Positions 40,903 to 54,146 of a DNA stretch of 64,000 bases are shown piece after piece; within the stretch, counting starts at the first letter, position 1, and each line of letters starts with the position of its first letter. This DNA comes from Oikopleura dioica (lineage: Eukaryota; Animalia; Chordata): NCBI GenBank assembly GCA_907165135.1, contig OU015566.1, forward strand, positions 9,052,001-9,116,000, given 5' to 3'. A model generated the notes under the pieces. It had not been told where the DNA came from and searched no databases. It saw only the letters and a list, made by a program, of their open reading frames with translations. Position numbers and translations under genes: made by a program.

Positions 40903-41104
40903 TTTTTCTTTCAATTAATATCTGTCTCAACATATGCGAATAAACTTAGTTGAACTGAGTCAAAAGGACACTAATTTGAGATGCTATCGCTTTGGCTCGA
41001 GGTTTCATCATTTCATTGCGGTTGTTATTTAGTTCAGAAATTCTCTAGACGCATCATTTACATCCAAGAGAAATCGAGAAAATAGCCAATAAATTCATTA
41101 TAGA

Positions 41105-41578
41105 ATGCAACACCAACGCGCAAAAGACGTCGTCGTCCAGGTCATCCCTCAACATCGACAACGAGGACGAGCCGATGATCAGGAGCTTTTGATTGCTAAT
41201 ACTTCCGGAGAGAGTGACAAGATCTCCGGTAAAACATGGTTGCGACTCATTCTACTTCTTGTGATCGCTCTCATGTAAGTCTTTTTCTGTTCTTTTAGGT
41301 TAAAATTTTAAGTCTTCTCGCGCTCAAAGTGATGAGGTTCGCGAATCTCTATGAGGCCGACCGGTTAAAGCACGCTTCCACCGAGACTCCACTGAACTCT
41401 GCTGAGCCCCAAGACCAAGTCTTCAATTTTGACCTCCCAACCAACGAGGTAACTTGAAATTATTTATTTCTATTTCTACTTTCAATGAAAAGTTTTCCAG
41501 TAATATCATATTTAGGACTACGAGAAATTGGCAGCAACAATTGATGTGAACAAAATTTTGTCCTCGCACCAAGAGTAA
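41105..41578 (+). CDS. Small single-pass (type II-like) membrane protein, 3 exons, absent from the ORF track
   Basis: Spliced product MQHQRAKDVVVQVIPQHR...KTWLRLILLLVIALILLALKVMRF...DYEKLAATIDVNKILSSHQE*, with GTAAG/GTAAC donors and AG acceptors in phase. Confidence 0.65.
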
Positions 41579-42087
41579 AAACCTTCTCGACAAATCTGTC
41601 ACTTTGATTTACGATTAAAAGTCACAAATCTATATTTATGCTGCTTGCTTCCAATAAAATTAAGACTCAGTATCGACTTCGATTCCCAAAACATCATTGA
41701 ATTTTTTTTTCGAAAATTTAAAGCTTTAGTTGGATTATGAAAATTCGATTTATTAATTCATTTTGAATTTCAAAATTTGAAAGATGATTTATGGTTGAAC
41801 AATAATAACATAAGATGACACCCTGTTTCCAAATGACTCCCAGTCACGATAAAAATCAATAAATTACACAAGCTACTGTAAGAAGTCATCCTGTAAGTAA
41901 CCGTCTCCAATGATTCCTATGCTAGAAAATGTCTGACTGTCCTGAACTGAAGGCCGAAAACTGACAGACCCGTCAATACCAATCAGTTGATCTTTCGAGA
42001 AAGTTTCTTTTGTCAATTTTACGATTCATTTATCTGTCGCTCATTCTAGCACAATGAAGAAGGTAGCTGTCATTTTTATTCAATAAA

Positions 42088-42312
42088 TTATTCTCGAATA
42101 AGCACCCAATTTTCATCAATCAAGTATGACCAGCATCTTCGATGTGACGCCACGAGATCGTAAATCCATCGGAATAAAATGAGCAAACTGCAGTATGCAA
42201 ATGGAACGAGAAACGCCCAGAAAATTTGAATGAACTCGAAAGAGACAGACTTCGTTGTGCCCTCGTTACATAATCGATATTTATTAACCTGGAAGTTGGA
42301 GGACTTTTCCAA
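42088..42312 (-). CDS. Possible small TM protein exon
   Basis: ORF with a hydrophobic stretch FIQIFWAFLVPFAYCSLLILFRWIY. Confidence 0.3.
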   Translation of the reverse strand: MEKSSNFQVNKYRLCNEGTTKSVSFEFIQIFWAFLVPFAYCSLLILFRWIYDLVASHRRCWSYLIDENWVLIRE

Positions 42313-42527
42313 ACTAACATGTTAATATCATTCTCAGAAATGATCAGTTAGTTTTAATTTGATAATTTACGAATCAAAATCTGAATTATGACTTACTCAA
42401 TCAAATAAACATGAAAAACTCAATATACCAGGGATTTAAAGTATATTTTTTGCGGATAGATTGGTTTCGAAGATACATGAATTCATTATTCTTGAATTTA
42501 TTATTTTTCATCGGAGGTTGTAAATTA

Positions 42528-42936
42528 CAATTTTTTATGGAATTTCTGGACATCAAAGTTCTGGACATTTTTCAGATTTTAAGGAGTTTTCTGGGGGCAA
42601 ACTCAAAGAAAGAGTGTATCAAATTTCTGGACATTTTCTCTCAACAGATATCTTCCACATCTAAATTTATGGTCAAACTTGAGTTATTGAAGCCAATTTC
42701 ATCTATAAAGAGCTGTGTTCCTTCGAAAATCTTATGATATAACAAGAAAGGCGGCTACAGCGAGTTTCTTTATTGATTTTCAGTAATTTTTTCGGAAAAA
42801 GTCGTCAATTTTTCTTTCTCGAAAAATTTTTAAGCAATTTTGTTGGGACATTTTTCTCAAAATTCTGTCTCAAATTTCTGGACATTTTCGGGAAGAATGG
42901 GGGACAAAAAATGTCCAGAAATTCCATAATTAACTG
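42528..42936. mobile_element. Tc1/mariner-type MITE (409 bp) with internal repeats
   Basis: 26-bp imperfect TIR CAATTTTTTATGGAATTTCTGGACAT / CAGTTAATTATGGAATTTCTGGACAT, TA on both flanks, and TTCTGGACAT repeated internally. Confidence 0.7.
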
Positions 42937-43422
42937 TACTATGAAAATCAGCTGTTTTCAAACGTCGATTCTTCCAGCAGTCCGTGTCCTCCAGGGCGAG
43001 AAAGGCGCCGCTGCGCGGGTCGCCTCAGCGAATAGCGAGCCTGGCGCGTTACATAAGCTCAGTTCTGGAAGCTTCGTCTAAACGCTGAACGCTCTCAGCG
43101 CGGCGATGCGTCCCGAGCTGGAAGAGTCGGGAAGAAATGACCGACTTGGGGGTAAACCAGGTCTGCCCAATTGCGCCACTCTTCTAGCCAGAAATAAAAC
43201 AGAGCCAACCCACAATTTCCTTGATTAAAAAAAAAGGAAAATTTCAAGAGACGAAAAAATAAATCTAAATCGAGAATCACGAAAATTTAAAATCTCTTCC
43301 CCGGCTGGCTGGATCATCGGACCTTGGCGAACGGACTCGACTACCGAAACTGCCCAACGGAACTGACGGGAAGATACAGTGAGAAACTTTTGTGAAAGAA
43401 GTTATTGGAGCTGCTGGAGAAA

Positions 43423-45211
43423 ATGCCGCTTGAAATGGGACTATACGATATTCTTGGGCTTCCTGGAAACGCTAGCCACTCGGTAGGATACCTACTCTTC
43501 ATGTTAGATTATAAAATTCTGTGAGCCTGCTAATTTATGTTTAATCTGATTCAGTACAGAGGGATTCAGGAGGATATCCACCTGGAAAGATAATCTCTCT
43601 GTCTCGAACTTTCCGATAGTCGGTCGTTACGTAACACAGCAGTTACATAACCTCTTCTTGTAGAAGTTTCGAGGAACCTTTTTCTCTTGGTCTCTACGAC
43701 TGTAAAACTGTATATTCCATCTGCTAAATAATTATTTTAGCACATAAAGCAAGCCTTCATAAAGCTGGCCCGCGAATCTCATCCGGACAAGAACCCGGTA
43801 GAAAAGAAAGCCGATTGCGAAGTGCGTTTCAAGCGGATCAACCACGCCTACAAAGTGCTCTCTGATGGTCGCAAGCGTTCCCTCTACGACAAGTTCGGCG
43901 AAGCAGGCCTGGAAGATTCCGGCTACTGCGATTCTGACTGCCCTTCTACCTCAAGCGCGCCTTTCCCGACGCGCACCCCTGCTACAACCCAATCTACTGC
44001 CGGCTACACAGAACCGAAACAACCTCAAAAGAAGCATCTCAAAAAGGGCAAAGACGTTATTCACGAGCTCAAACTATCGCTGGAAGAATTCTATGCTGGA
44101 ACAGCAAGAAAACTGGTCATCACAAGGAAAGTCTGCTGCTGGACCTGTGATGGAGCCGGTGGATCGGGAATTAAAACTAGATGCCAACTGTGCTTTGGAC
44201 AGGCCTTTTTCGGACCAGGTAAGATTAGAAAGAAGATGAATTCTTCAACGAAGAATTTCTGCAATGAAAGAAAATTCAACTCTTCAATGAAAAAACTCAA
44301 TTGGATTCTTTAGGACTGCCCTGCAGTGAGTGCCGCGGCGAGGGACACATCTTTCTTTTGAAAGACAAGTGCGCTGGTTGCAAGGGAAAGCGAATAACTT
44401 TCGAAAAGAAGGTTCTCGATATTGTCGTTCCTGCTGGAAGCGCGAAAGAAACGCAGCTCAAATTCAACGGCGCGGCGGATCATCTTCCGGGAACAAACGC
44501 GGGAGATGTTATTGTAATCCTCGCTGAAAAGTCGCATCCTGTTTTCGAAAGAAACGGTAAGAGCCTATCTCTTTATTCTTTTTCTAAACAAAATTTTAGG
44601 TGATAATATTTCAACGAAAATCCAAATCAGTTTGGCGGAAAGTCTCCTCGGCTTTCGACGCAAACTGAAAACCCTATCAGGCCAAGATGTCGCCATTTTA
44701 ATGCAACCCGGAGAAAGTGTCCAGCACAATGGTGAGATTCTTACTCTTCGCTACTGTCCTCTAACCCGAGTCTTTTTCAGGTCAAAAAGTAGTCCCCAAT
44801 GCAGGAATGCCTATCCCATCTTGCCCAGGAGAATTTGGAAATCTTATCATTGACATTGATGTTGAAAAAGTCTACAGCAGCTGGCTCCGAGATCCTCAAA
44901 TTCGGAAACGAATCCGAGACGCGCTACCTCCTATCGAAGACCAAGGTGAGCAAATTTGGGAATATCATTTCATATGAGCTCATTTTCATATAAACTTGAC
45001 GCAACAATATGAATGTCTTATACTCAGGCGTTCCATCCGGGTGCGCGCATGACTAATTTCGTATTTTGTAGCTGGCCCAGAGGTGACACACGAGATGGTT
45101 CTGGAAGACTACTGCGAGGATCGTCACAGTAGCCGGAAACGACGCCGTGACGACTCTGATCACTCTTCTGGTCATCCGAATTTATCAAACGACCAATGCC
45201 GAACCCAGTAA
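43423..45211 (+). CDS. DNAJA: Type I Hsp40 (DNAJA subfamily) co-chaperone
   Basis: J-domain (LYDILG...HPDKN...[13 protein letters not shown]), [17 protein letters not shown], four CxxCxG motifs, C-terminal domain (GDVIV, GMPI..GNLII) and a C-terminal CaaX CRTQ*. Confidence 0.92.
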
Positions 45212-45483
45212 AGCGACATTCTGTACTTTGGACATTGCGTTCCAACTGAATTCAACTCTTCAGCTTATGTGTTCCTTTTTGTTCCGTATTTATAAAAAAA
45301 GCATTTGCTCCAAGCTTCCGTCTACAAATTTTCCTGTCTATTTAGAATAAAAAATACCTTAAAAACGATGAGGTGTCTCTTGATCAAATATAGAAAGGGA
45401 AAACACCTCTTGTTGATTTAGTTTCATTTTTCGAGCATCAGACTTGCAAATATCAGACAGAAAAATTAGCAAGGCGCAATAGC

Positions 45484-46780
45484 ATGGAAGACTGTGACTA
45501 TGAGAGAAGACTCGAAGATGATAGACAACGGGCGGGAAAGGAACTTAGCAAGAATATGAAAGAACTTCGTCATTTGAGTAAGCATATCAAAACTGCTCTC
45601 GACGCAATTGATGCTGTTTTTGGTAAGAAATAGCGAAATTTAATTCTATAAGTGAGAAATTCGTAGACGACGAGCGCAAAAAAACCACGTCTAATCGTCA
45701 GTTACAGCAGATGATCGAACAAAAGGGAATAAAACATGATAATATTTACTTTCATCCCGAGAACACGCTTTACCTCATCAGAAAATTCCTTGCTGCGGAT
45801 GAACTTGTCGACAATTATAAGCAAAGAAAGCCTCAAGATGAATCATCATTATATGATTATAAAGAAAAATCTACAGATGAATACAACCCTCAGAAAAACG
45901 TCAACGAAGGCGCTTATCCACCTCAGCAGAGTCATACTCGCGAGTCTGGCCCTTATGACTATGTTAATCGACCACAGGACGACTACAACTCCCCGTCATT
46001 TCATCACGAACTTCAAAATGAAAATAAGGATGCTAATAATAATATCGGAAATAATATCGCTGCAATGTATGATGAACACTACAATCGACCGGGCGTGAAA
46101 AGTGATTCTGCATCTGGCATTCATAAAAATCCTGTTGACAAGGGAACGAGTAATGTTTACCCGGATAACTGGATGCCTTCAACACCAGATACAGCCGAGA
46201 CTCTTGACCAGAAAATGGCCTCAGATTGCAAAGTTTCAGATAAAAAAAATGGTCGAAGTGCCTCTGAATCGAAAAAATCTGTAACTACGATGGTTGAATG
46301 AAAATGATAAGTTTGGTTTTAGATTACAAAGAGTGATGCGAAGTCATCAGGAGGATACAACTGGAATGAGAAAATGCAGAAAAAAGCGACAAATCGTTAC
46401 TACAAGATGCCAATTAAAGACAAGGTAAAAGGATGAACAATAAAATAAATGGTAAACAATTTGTAGGCAGACCTCATCAAGATAAGAGAGCTCGGAGAAG
46501 GTCAAGCGACCACTAAAGCTGCAACAGAACTGTTCGAGCGAGAGGCAGGAATGAATAAAAATCAATTGGAAGCAGATTCCTCTTCTTTCTTCCTAACGGA
46601 GATCTGTCAACTCAAATCGGTAGTTTTTTCTTTCAAACTCACTAACCATTGATAAGATCTCTTTGATCTAAATTTGGCAGGAGGGCGAAAGCTATCTTCG
46701 AAATACGTCCAAAATCCTGACAGCACAACGATGTTCACAAACATTCGAAAAATCAAGGAAATTCAAGGAAAGGGTTAGTG
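45484..46780 (+). CDS. Hypothetical low-complexity protein (multi-exon)
   Basis: Exons MEDCDYERRLEDD..., ORF 45711-46301, ITKSDAKSSGG... and ADLIKIRELGE... are bounded by GT/AG. The 3' end is approximate. Confidence 0.55.
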
Positions 46781-47087
46781 AATTCGATATCTGAAAGTAA
46801 ATCTGTGGAAATAGGAATATTTAAGCATAGTTCATGAAAGTCGTAAGTGATAAATCATAACCCGTAAAAGAACATAAAATGGGGGAGAAGGAAATCTCGA
46901 AGAAAGAGTTCGATCAAATTCAGAGGCTGGTCGATACTGGCATGATTCAAAAGGGACATAATAAATATGCTGGATATAAGTCTCATGGAACGCTCGTCTA
47001 CTGAATATTAATTCTTTCATCCCGATAATAAATGATTTTTAAAAAAGGATCGATATATTAATTAGTTAAGAGCTTTATTTGAACATG

Positions 47088-49079
47088 TTAGCAGAATGCT
47101 TTCGATTTCTTAGTGTGCGCAGCCAAATTCGAATATTTTATTTCTTCAGGCGTTCTGAGCTCTGGGAATCCTCTTCTGAATTTCTCCAGTGCTGGCGACA
47201 TAGAATTCAGCATTTCAGAAGCTTCTTCTATTCCGAACTCATCTATCGCATTCTAGGATTATTTAGTGTTGCAAATGCAATTGAGGGATTTATTTTTACC
47301 TCGAATTCATATCTAGCTCCAAATCGCTCTTTATTCAGCTCCAATTCAATCTTTTTCATGTTCATTTCGCTCTTAAAAGACAATCTCGGCATGGGCGATG
47401 GTTTTTCGTCTAGTTCTTCTCCTCTCAGCAATTTTTCAAGACTTCCTTTTCTCGATTTTTCTTCAAGTTTTGGCGTTTCTTTTGGTCTTGATGCTAGGTC
47501 GATGTCAATCGCTAATTGCCGTTTTAGCGCTAGAAAATCGTTGTCAACTGAAGTGAAGAGGAGACAATTGTACCTTCATAAATAGGCATATTTATCCAGC
47601 TGATCGCCTCATCCGTCATCATTACACAAGCAAATTTATCCAAGTAGAAATCGACCATCTTTTCAGGATTCAAATGTGGATAGATATTCGAAGCAGCCTA
47701 AATTCACCTTCAAAAAGATTGAAAATCGAGGAAGGATACCGTTAAGTTTTCAACTAGTTTTTCTGGGTCATTTAGCGTATACAACATTTGCTGCTTGAGC
47801 CGACAGCCCAAGTCCGACATGAGTTTCGCTGGTGAAGTGAAGAGAATGTACTCGTCGAAGCCACCGCATTGGTCGATTTGGTCCAGGCAGCTTTCAGTTG
47901 TGACAGTTTGAATGACCTCTCCAAGAAGAAGTGATGTAAACTTGTGGTTGTACCTTCGCTCGGGCCACCAGGTGACATTATACTCTGGCGTTCCTTGTGG
48001 ATACTCTCGAATTCGCGAGCGGAAAGTGTGGCCGCGGATGACTCCTTCGCCGCCCCACAGTTCTTCCAACGAGTCTCGAGCGTAGTTGTATTCTGTTGAG
48101 TTGTCTTTTCGGCCGGGGATGTTCTCGCTTCTACCTCCCTAAAATCGGCTGAACGAGTTTGAAAAGAAGACAAAATACCTTCATTGGATGGTAAAATCTT
48201 CTGTCAGACTTTCCTCTTGGAAACTCGTACGGAATATGCTCTCTATTAACTCTCACTGGGACAAATTTCACATCTTCGAATCCTAGTGTATCGGACGAAA
48301 TAGATCTCGGCGCCTCGTCCGGCTCTAAGACAAGCTCATTTTCGTTTTTGTTCGCTGTTTTCTGAATGTATTTCCAGTCTTTTTGATAAATACGGCCTCG
48401 CTCTCGATCTTCACGAATCTTCTTTTCCCAAAGGACCCATTCGCCCTCTTCGCCGGGTCGTTTGGAGCCGATGTTGTTGATTATGTTGTCGTAGCGGACG
48501 ACTTCTTCTTCCATCATCAATCGGTAATGAAGAGGAAGTCTGAGTTGATTAGTCAAAACTCTTCTGAAAAGAAGAATTGTACCTGTTGTAAATTGGAAAT
48601 CGTAAATAAGGATTGAGCATCATTTCATCTCTTGGGTATTTTGTAGTTTTCAAAAAGATATTTGGGTCGACTTCGATGTAATCCCTCGGTCGCCAATTCT
48701 GCGAACTCTCGACGCCAATCATATCTGGCGCTGTTGAAAGCCATCTGTGAAGATACAGCGGACCGGGCATGTCATAATCGACCCTCTTTCGCGTCGCTGG
48801 AGAGGTCTTGTTGATCATCGGCGCGTACGGGCGACGATTCACTCGGATCGGAGGGAATTCGTTGTTGTGGACGTTGTCGCCTCGGCCGTAGTTGACGTCG
48901 TGGCGGAACTTGCCATCCATGATCGTGTAGCCGAGGTTTGTTAGTTTTCCACCAAAGCCAGATCTGAATAAATCATGAAAGGGGGCTTCTTTTTCATAAT
49001 TCTACCTTCTTTGCTTCTGTTTCCTAACCGCCTTTCCGAGCCGCTTCCCCACATGATCGAGAACACCAGATAATCTCAT
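47088..49079 (-). CDS. MRPL28: Mitochondrial ribosomal protein bL28m, strongly extended
   Basis: RLPLHYRLMMEEE, LWGGEGVIRG...WWP...LDQIDQCGGFDEYIL...LGCRLKQQML and DEAISWINMPIYE match metazoan MRPL28 blocks. The basic amphipathic N-terminus MRLSGVLDHVGKRLGKAVRKQKQRR resembles a targeting peptide. The junctions checked are in phase. Confidence 0.85.
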
Positions 49080-49271
49080 TTCTTCCTGTTTGATCTCTCT
49101 CTACGATTCAGGAGGATTTCACTCTTTCTTTCTTGATTCTGAAGAATCGAATTTTTCTATTCGCTGCGCTGGTCGAGCGGCGCCCAATTAGAGCGCGAAG
49201 AATTGGAAAGCCATTTCTGAAGTTTGAGAAAGAAATTTGAGAGAAAGTCATTTTCAGCAGTAGAATTCAGA

Positions 49272-50415
49272 ATGACGAGTGCCGTTGAATCACTGATATC
49301 GAGCGCGAAATCCAAGGATGATCAAATCGACCGACTCCGGTTTGTTTTCTCGTATTTTTCTGCTCTTTACTGTGATTCTAGTGGGAGTATGGAGGCAGAA
49401 AGACACTGGCTGGCTAGAAAGCAGTTTCTGCTCAAGAACTGGGATGATTATACGGACGAAAATCGCGAAAAGCTTGAGTGTCTTTCCCAATGCTGGTCTG
49501 GGCTTCATTTTCTTGGTGTTGGCTACCCCCTTCAAGGTAATTTTTCAACATTAAAAAACAAGAAAATCTACTGTTCTTTTAGTGGTTGAGAAGATAAGGG
49601 AGATGTCCTTTGGGTTGCCAAACATGTCCGATATGCTCAAAGACGCTGATCGCGAAATTCACAGCCGAGAAGTTCGAAGAAGAAGAGACGAGCAAGCTAA
49701 AGTCATTACTCTCGACAATCAAAATAGCCGAAAGTAATTAAAAAATTCTCCATCCTTTTTTTATTTCAAATTTTAGGCGGCCAGCTGAAGGTCCTCCTCG
49801 GCATACAGCGTGGCTCAAAACAAAAAAGTGAACCAAGGCGATCTTCCTCCTCCAGTCAAGCCAAATGCGAAACACATCGGGCTGTTCTTGAACTTGTCAA
49901 GTTACTGTAGAAAACAGGGAGAGGAGGCCAAGTTGGCACATTGTGTGTCAATGCAGAAGCAGCGGGTGACCTTTTTGTCGGAAGAATGCCCGCCTGAACA
50001 GATAGAAGAAATGGAGAAATTTTATGAGCGACCGATCTCAGGTAATAACAAAAAACTTTTCCTTTATTCCAACGCCCATTCTAGCGTGCGACGAAGTTGT
50101 AGAAATAAGCATCATCAACACCTTCATCGCCCAAGCAGTAGCTCCAACACGAGAGGAAGCGAAGAGACTAGCGACGGAGCAGGCGATCAAGATCTTGCAG
50201 AAAACACCCCTCGTCGTCGTTTCCTGCCACCGAAAGAAAGCGAATGGAAAGATTGTTTCAGAACTCTGCGTCTCGAACTCCCGAGGAGCCAAAGGAAAGG
50301 TCAATCATTTCATATAAAAAATAAAAAGCTCAAGGTTGATTTTTGACCCTTTAAAGCTCTCGGAGAAATCCCACCAAAACTCAAGACTCCCGAAATTATG
50401 GTCGAACCTAGATAA
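49272..50415 (+). CDS. XTBD (XRN2-binding) domain + dsRBD-like protein, CDKN2AIP/NKRF type
   Basis: EAERHWLARKQFLLKNW...LECLSQCWSGLHFLGVGYPLQVVEKIREM is an XTBD pattern. EISIINTFIAQAVAPTREEAKRLATEQAIKIL is a dsRBD-like beta-helix end. Confidence 0.75.
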
Positions 50416-50506
50416 AATTCTATCTCTGTATCATTCAACTGCCATTTAATTCAAAAATAGCATCTGACGAATAATTCAAATTAAAGCAATTTTTGAAAAC
50501 GAAAAT

Positions 50507-51046
50507 TTATTTGATACTTTGAACAATTTTTCGCAACGTTTGTTCAGGATAGATAGTGTAGTCGAGCGTTTCTTCCATCCAACCTGAAAGTGGCAAGCCT
50601 GTGTTGCCAGTAGCGGAAACTTTTTGCATGAAAAGGGTTCCAGATGTGCCGTCAGGGTGCATGCACTGTCGGCACACCGAGGCAATTTCAGCTTCGTTCC
50701 CTAAAAATCAGTTTCATATTGAACGAAAATTTACGAACTGACCATCTTTAATTTTCTGAGTGCATTCTGTGAGCCTATCTTGTCCGCTTTCTTTTTTGTT
50801 ATTCAGTCGATTGTTGACGCAAGTCATGACCTGCTTACACCCAGATTCGACCGAGTAAACGATCCCTCCTCTCCTTCTCTCTTGAACCTGGCAAACCTTA
50901 TCATCTCTACAAAACTCTTCCCAGACGTTCACAAAGCAATCGGCATATGACGAGCCCGTGCAGGAGTTGCATTTTGGCTGATAATTCAGTCCAAGATCAG
51001 GATTTTTTACTGCAAGCGTGAGCGAAAAAGCGGCAAAAATCTTCAT
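50507..51046 (-). CDS. Secreted Cys-rich protein (LU/three-finger-like spacing)
   Basis: Signal MKIFAAFSLTLA, then CNSC...C...C...CQVQERRRGG...SGCKQ..CVNN...C and SVCRQC in exon 2. Confidence 0.7.
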
Positions 51047-51271
51047 GTTATTCAAAGATTATTTCCTCAAATGCAACTTGCAGATTTTACTTTTCTTTAT
51101 AAATGAGCGCTTTTGCTTTAAAAATAGCTAATTTGACCCAGATACGTGAATTCTTTGTTAGGGTTGAAAATTATTTTTAGCGCGGAACAGAAACCGTCTA
51201 AAATCTTGTGCAGGATTAAATTTATTTATAAACTAGAAGTGACTAGTAGTTCAGTAAAAAGTTCTTTTCTT

Positions 51272-53281
51272 CTATACTTTTGAAGAATGCGTCTGGCTCA
51301 TTGCTCGGCTCAGTTCGGATGGGAGCGTTTTGTAGCTGCCGCCGGAAGCTCGTTCGGGAGAGTGATGTCGGGATTTTGACCTTCTACTCGTTGATTTTCT
51401 TGGAACAGTGGGTAAATAGAAAAGGTCACGAGAAACTCACTTGGATGCGTGGGATCTTCTGGAGTCGACGGTTCTCATCGTGTTGTGAGACATGAGCGAT
51501 TCTCGATCAGGACTCTCGTGGCGGGTGGAATGATGGGAACGTGACTGGTTTCGAGATTGGGATCGATGTGAGCGAGCTGCTGGATGAGGTGCCATCGTGT
51601 AGTCGTCAACAAGACCGGGCATTGATCGAGCTACAAGTTGAATAAGAAAAAATTTCTCTTAGTTGTTTGTGAGGCCAATTTTTATTGAAATAAAAATCGC
51701 AGTATTAAAAATTTTCTTTTGAACCTGTCGCGCTCATTTTTGCCGGCTCATAATCCCAGTACCCACTTTTGTGATGTGCCCCTTTAACACTTTGTGCTCG
51801 TGAACTTGGAACTAAAGATATAAAGTCGCGATATGAAATTTATATCGGGTGTTTGAAGAACTTTGTTAAATTTGTTTTACCTCTAGCTTTGGCGAGATTC
51901 TCCTTGTACATGTCAGCATTTACGTATTTGAAATCGTGGTGGAGCTTTGTGACCTTCAAAATGTTATTTTTGGAACTTGGCTTTGAGACAGTGTCTATTT
52001 TGACAGATAGTTCAAAAGTCGAATATCGATAAAACTAGAAACCACAGGAGAATGACACTAACCTCAAGCTGGACCAAGAGTTTGGTGATCGTCTTCATAA
52101 GGTATCCTTGGGTTTGATGATTGTCCATAAAAGCTTCAAGCCGAATGACATTTGCCATTTGCATCGCGTTCAGTGACTGTATGTCCATCACTTTCAGCAA
52201 CTTAAAATGCCGGGCTCATAAATTTCCGCAAAATTGATTTACCTCTGTAATGAATAGAAGTCGTTCCTCCGATGGAATGGGGCTGGCCCAGATGTTGACG
52301 AATTTGCAGCTAGCGTGAACGAATTCTGCCTTATTTTCAGCCATAACTTGTCGTTCCACAATCATCTGAATATCATGTTGAAGTTTCTTAATTTCTCAAG
52401 GAGGCAAACCTTGACAGCATCGTATGAAAGAAGCTGGATGTGTCTGTTGAGAGGGTTTCCAGGCTTGGACTCGTCCGTTAGCTCGTAATAATTCGATGGG
52501 AGGCAGATACAATCCAAAGCAGTGCAAACCAAATCCGTCAAACTATTGTTTCGGGTCTTTACAGTCTTTTCAGCATCTTCAGAATCTGTCGACGCGCCCG
52601 TAACGGCGTCACTTATCTAAGGAAATCGTAAGGGCTTTTACAAGTGTTCGATTTACGGCGAATCAACATTTGAATTATTAGCTTAAGAACATGCGGGAGA
52701 TTTTGGAAAATTTGGAAGCTACTAAGTAGGATTTGCGAGATCGACAAGACCCTGGCTTGGATCTTGAGTTCCGTGGTATACATTCATGACGCTGACGGCG
52801 ACCGGAAGGGTGATGTTCTCGGAGAGCGTCGCAGCTGAATAAACGTTATTAGCGTCAGTTGTTGATTTACAGCAGTGAACCTGTGCAATCGACAATGTGA
52901 AGGATTCGGTATTTGTCGGCTGCGAGAAGAACATCAAAAATAGTCTCAAGTGGGGCGGAGACTTGCTCATGGTACAAAAGCTGCAAGAGAATTCTCATAG
53001 TTTGAGCAGCGAGTTTGGTTTTTAGCTCGATTCGACCATTCGATTTCACTTTTGCTTTTCTCTAAAAAGATTTATACTTGACCAAAAATCGTTGTTTTTA
53101 CCTGTTGTTCGAACTGCCTCTCGATATGATTAGCTAAAATGGCTGACTGCGACGCTAGAATGACAGAATGCGCGGTAAACTTTTTACCGTCGGCATCCAA
53201 AATCACATCACCATTTTCTCTCTTCTGTCTCAAGTCATCTCTGATTGGTACTGTTCGAAACTCTTGAATGGGGATCGACAT
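51272..53281 (-). CDS. BTB/POZ-domain protein with BACK-like region and Ser/Arg/His-rich tail
   Basis: GDVILDADGKKFTAHSVILASQS...LLQLLYHEQV...DVLLAADKYRI is a BTB signature. Downstream exons run to ...MSQTHSSKV*. Confidence 0.8.
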
Positions 53282-53518
53282 TTTTCTTGATAAAATTTAG
53301 GTTTTTAGGAATGCGCTCTGTCTGATTTCTGTAAAGAAAGCGAGCGAAATTTTTGCGTGGTGTGTGCCCAACTGAGATTTGCTATTTGGACAGGACGTGC
53401 CTGAAAGGCAAATGCGATTCTTGTTTTATGTTTGAATAAAATTCTTTTTGCTATTTGATGGATTCTTTTTCTCTGTTGTTGGATCAGAACGCTTGTTAGA
53501 AATACGCGATAGTGATGT

Positions 53519-54146
53519 TTATTCAAAGCCAGCGATCAAAAAATTCACAGTTGAAATAAGAAATGCAAGGCTCATGTTCAGGACTAAAATGGTCTTTGCT
53601 CGACGTCGCTTTTGGGTCACTAGAAGTTATGCTCGCTCCTAGGGCTTTCTCTCCAATCGCGACATCTTCAAAGTTTCTAATCATAAGGAGGTAAGTTTAC
53701 TACTTACCGATGATAACAACAAGTCCATAAATCACTTGCATTATGATAGAGGTGATGATAAAAGCCTTGAAACTTTCGTTACAGTTTTTATTGAAGAACT
53801 TGATTACCTTGAGCATTGCCATGTTGGTGAAGTTGCAATCAAAATCTCTAAAAATCGAGCTCTCTTGCGTCGCGTTTCTGATTCTATCAACGCACTCTGC
53901 TTCGGTGAGCTTTTCTGGACCGCAGAAATTTTCGCATCTTCGTTGTTTCCCGAGGATAATTTTCAACTGGGCGACATTCTGCACAAATAATCCCGAGTTG
54001 ATAATGCTGCTTCCCGCTGCAAAGCCGTTTGTTTTTGTATTCAATCTCTTGATGTGTTTCTCGTCGGCGATTTCATCGACAGTTTCATGGCTTAAAACTT
54101 TTGTGGCTGGCATGTAACTGGTATCTAAGTTTGTGAGAGCGGGCAT
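53519..54146 (-). CDS. Hypothetical single-pass membrane protein
   Basis: ORF 54146-53700 with four Cys and a TM segment (FIITSIIMQVIYGLVVII), then a GTAAG donor and an in-frame terminal exon. Confidence 0.55.

Noticed and set aside
51740-52225. TGCCGG(G)CTCATAA in two introns of the BTB gene
   Set aside because: It is only about 14 nt with no TIR/TSD context, which is insufficient to call an element.
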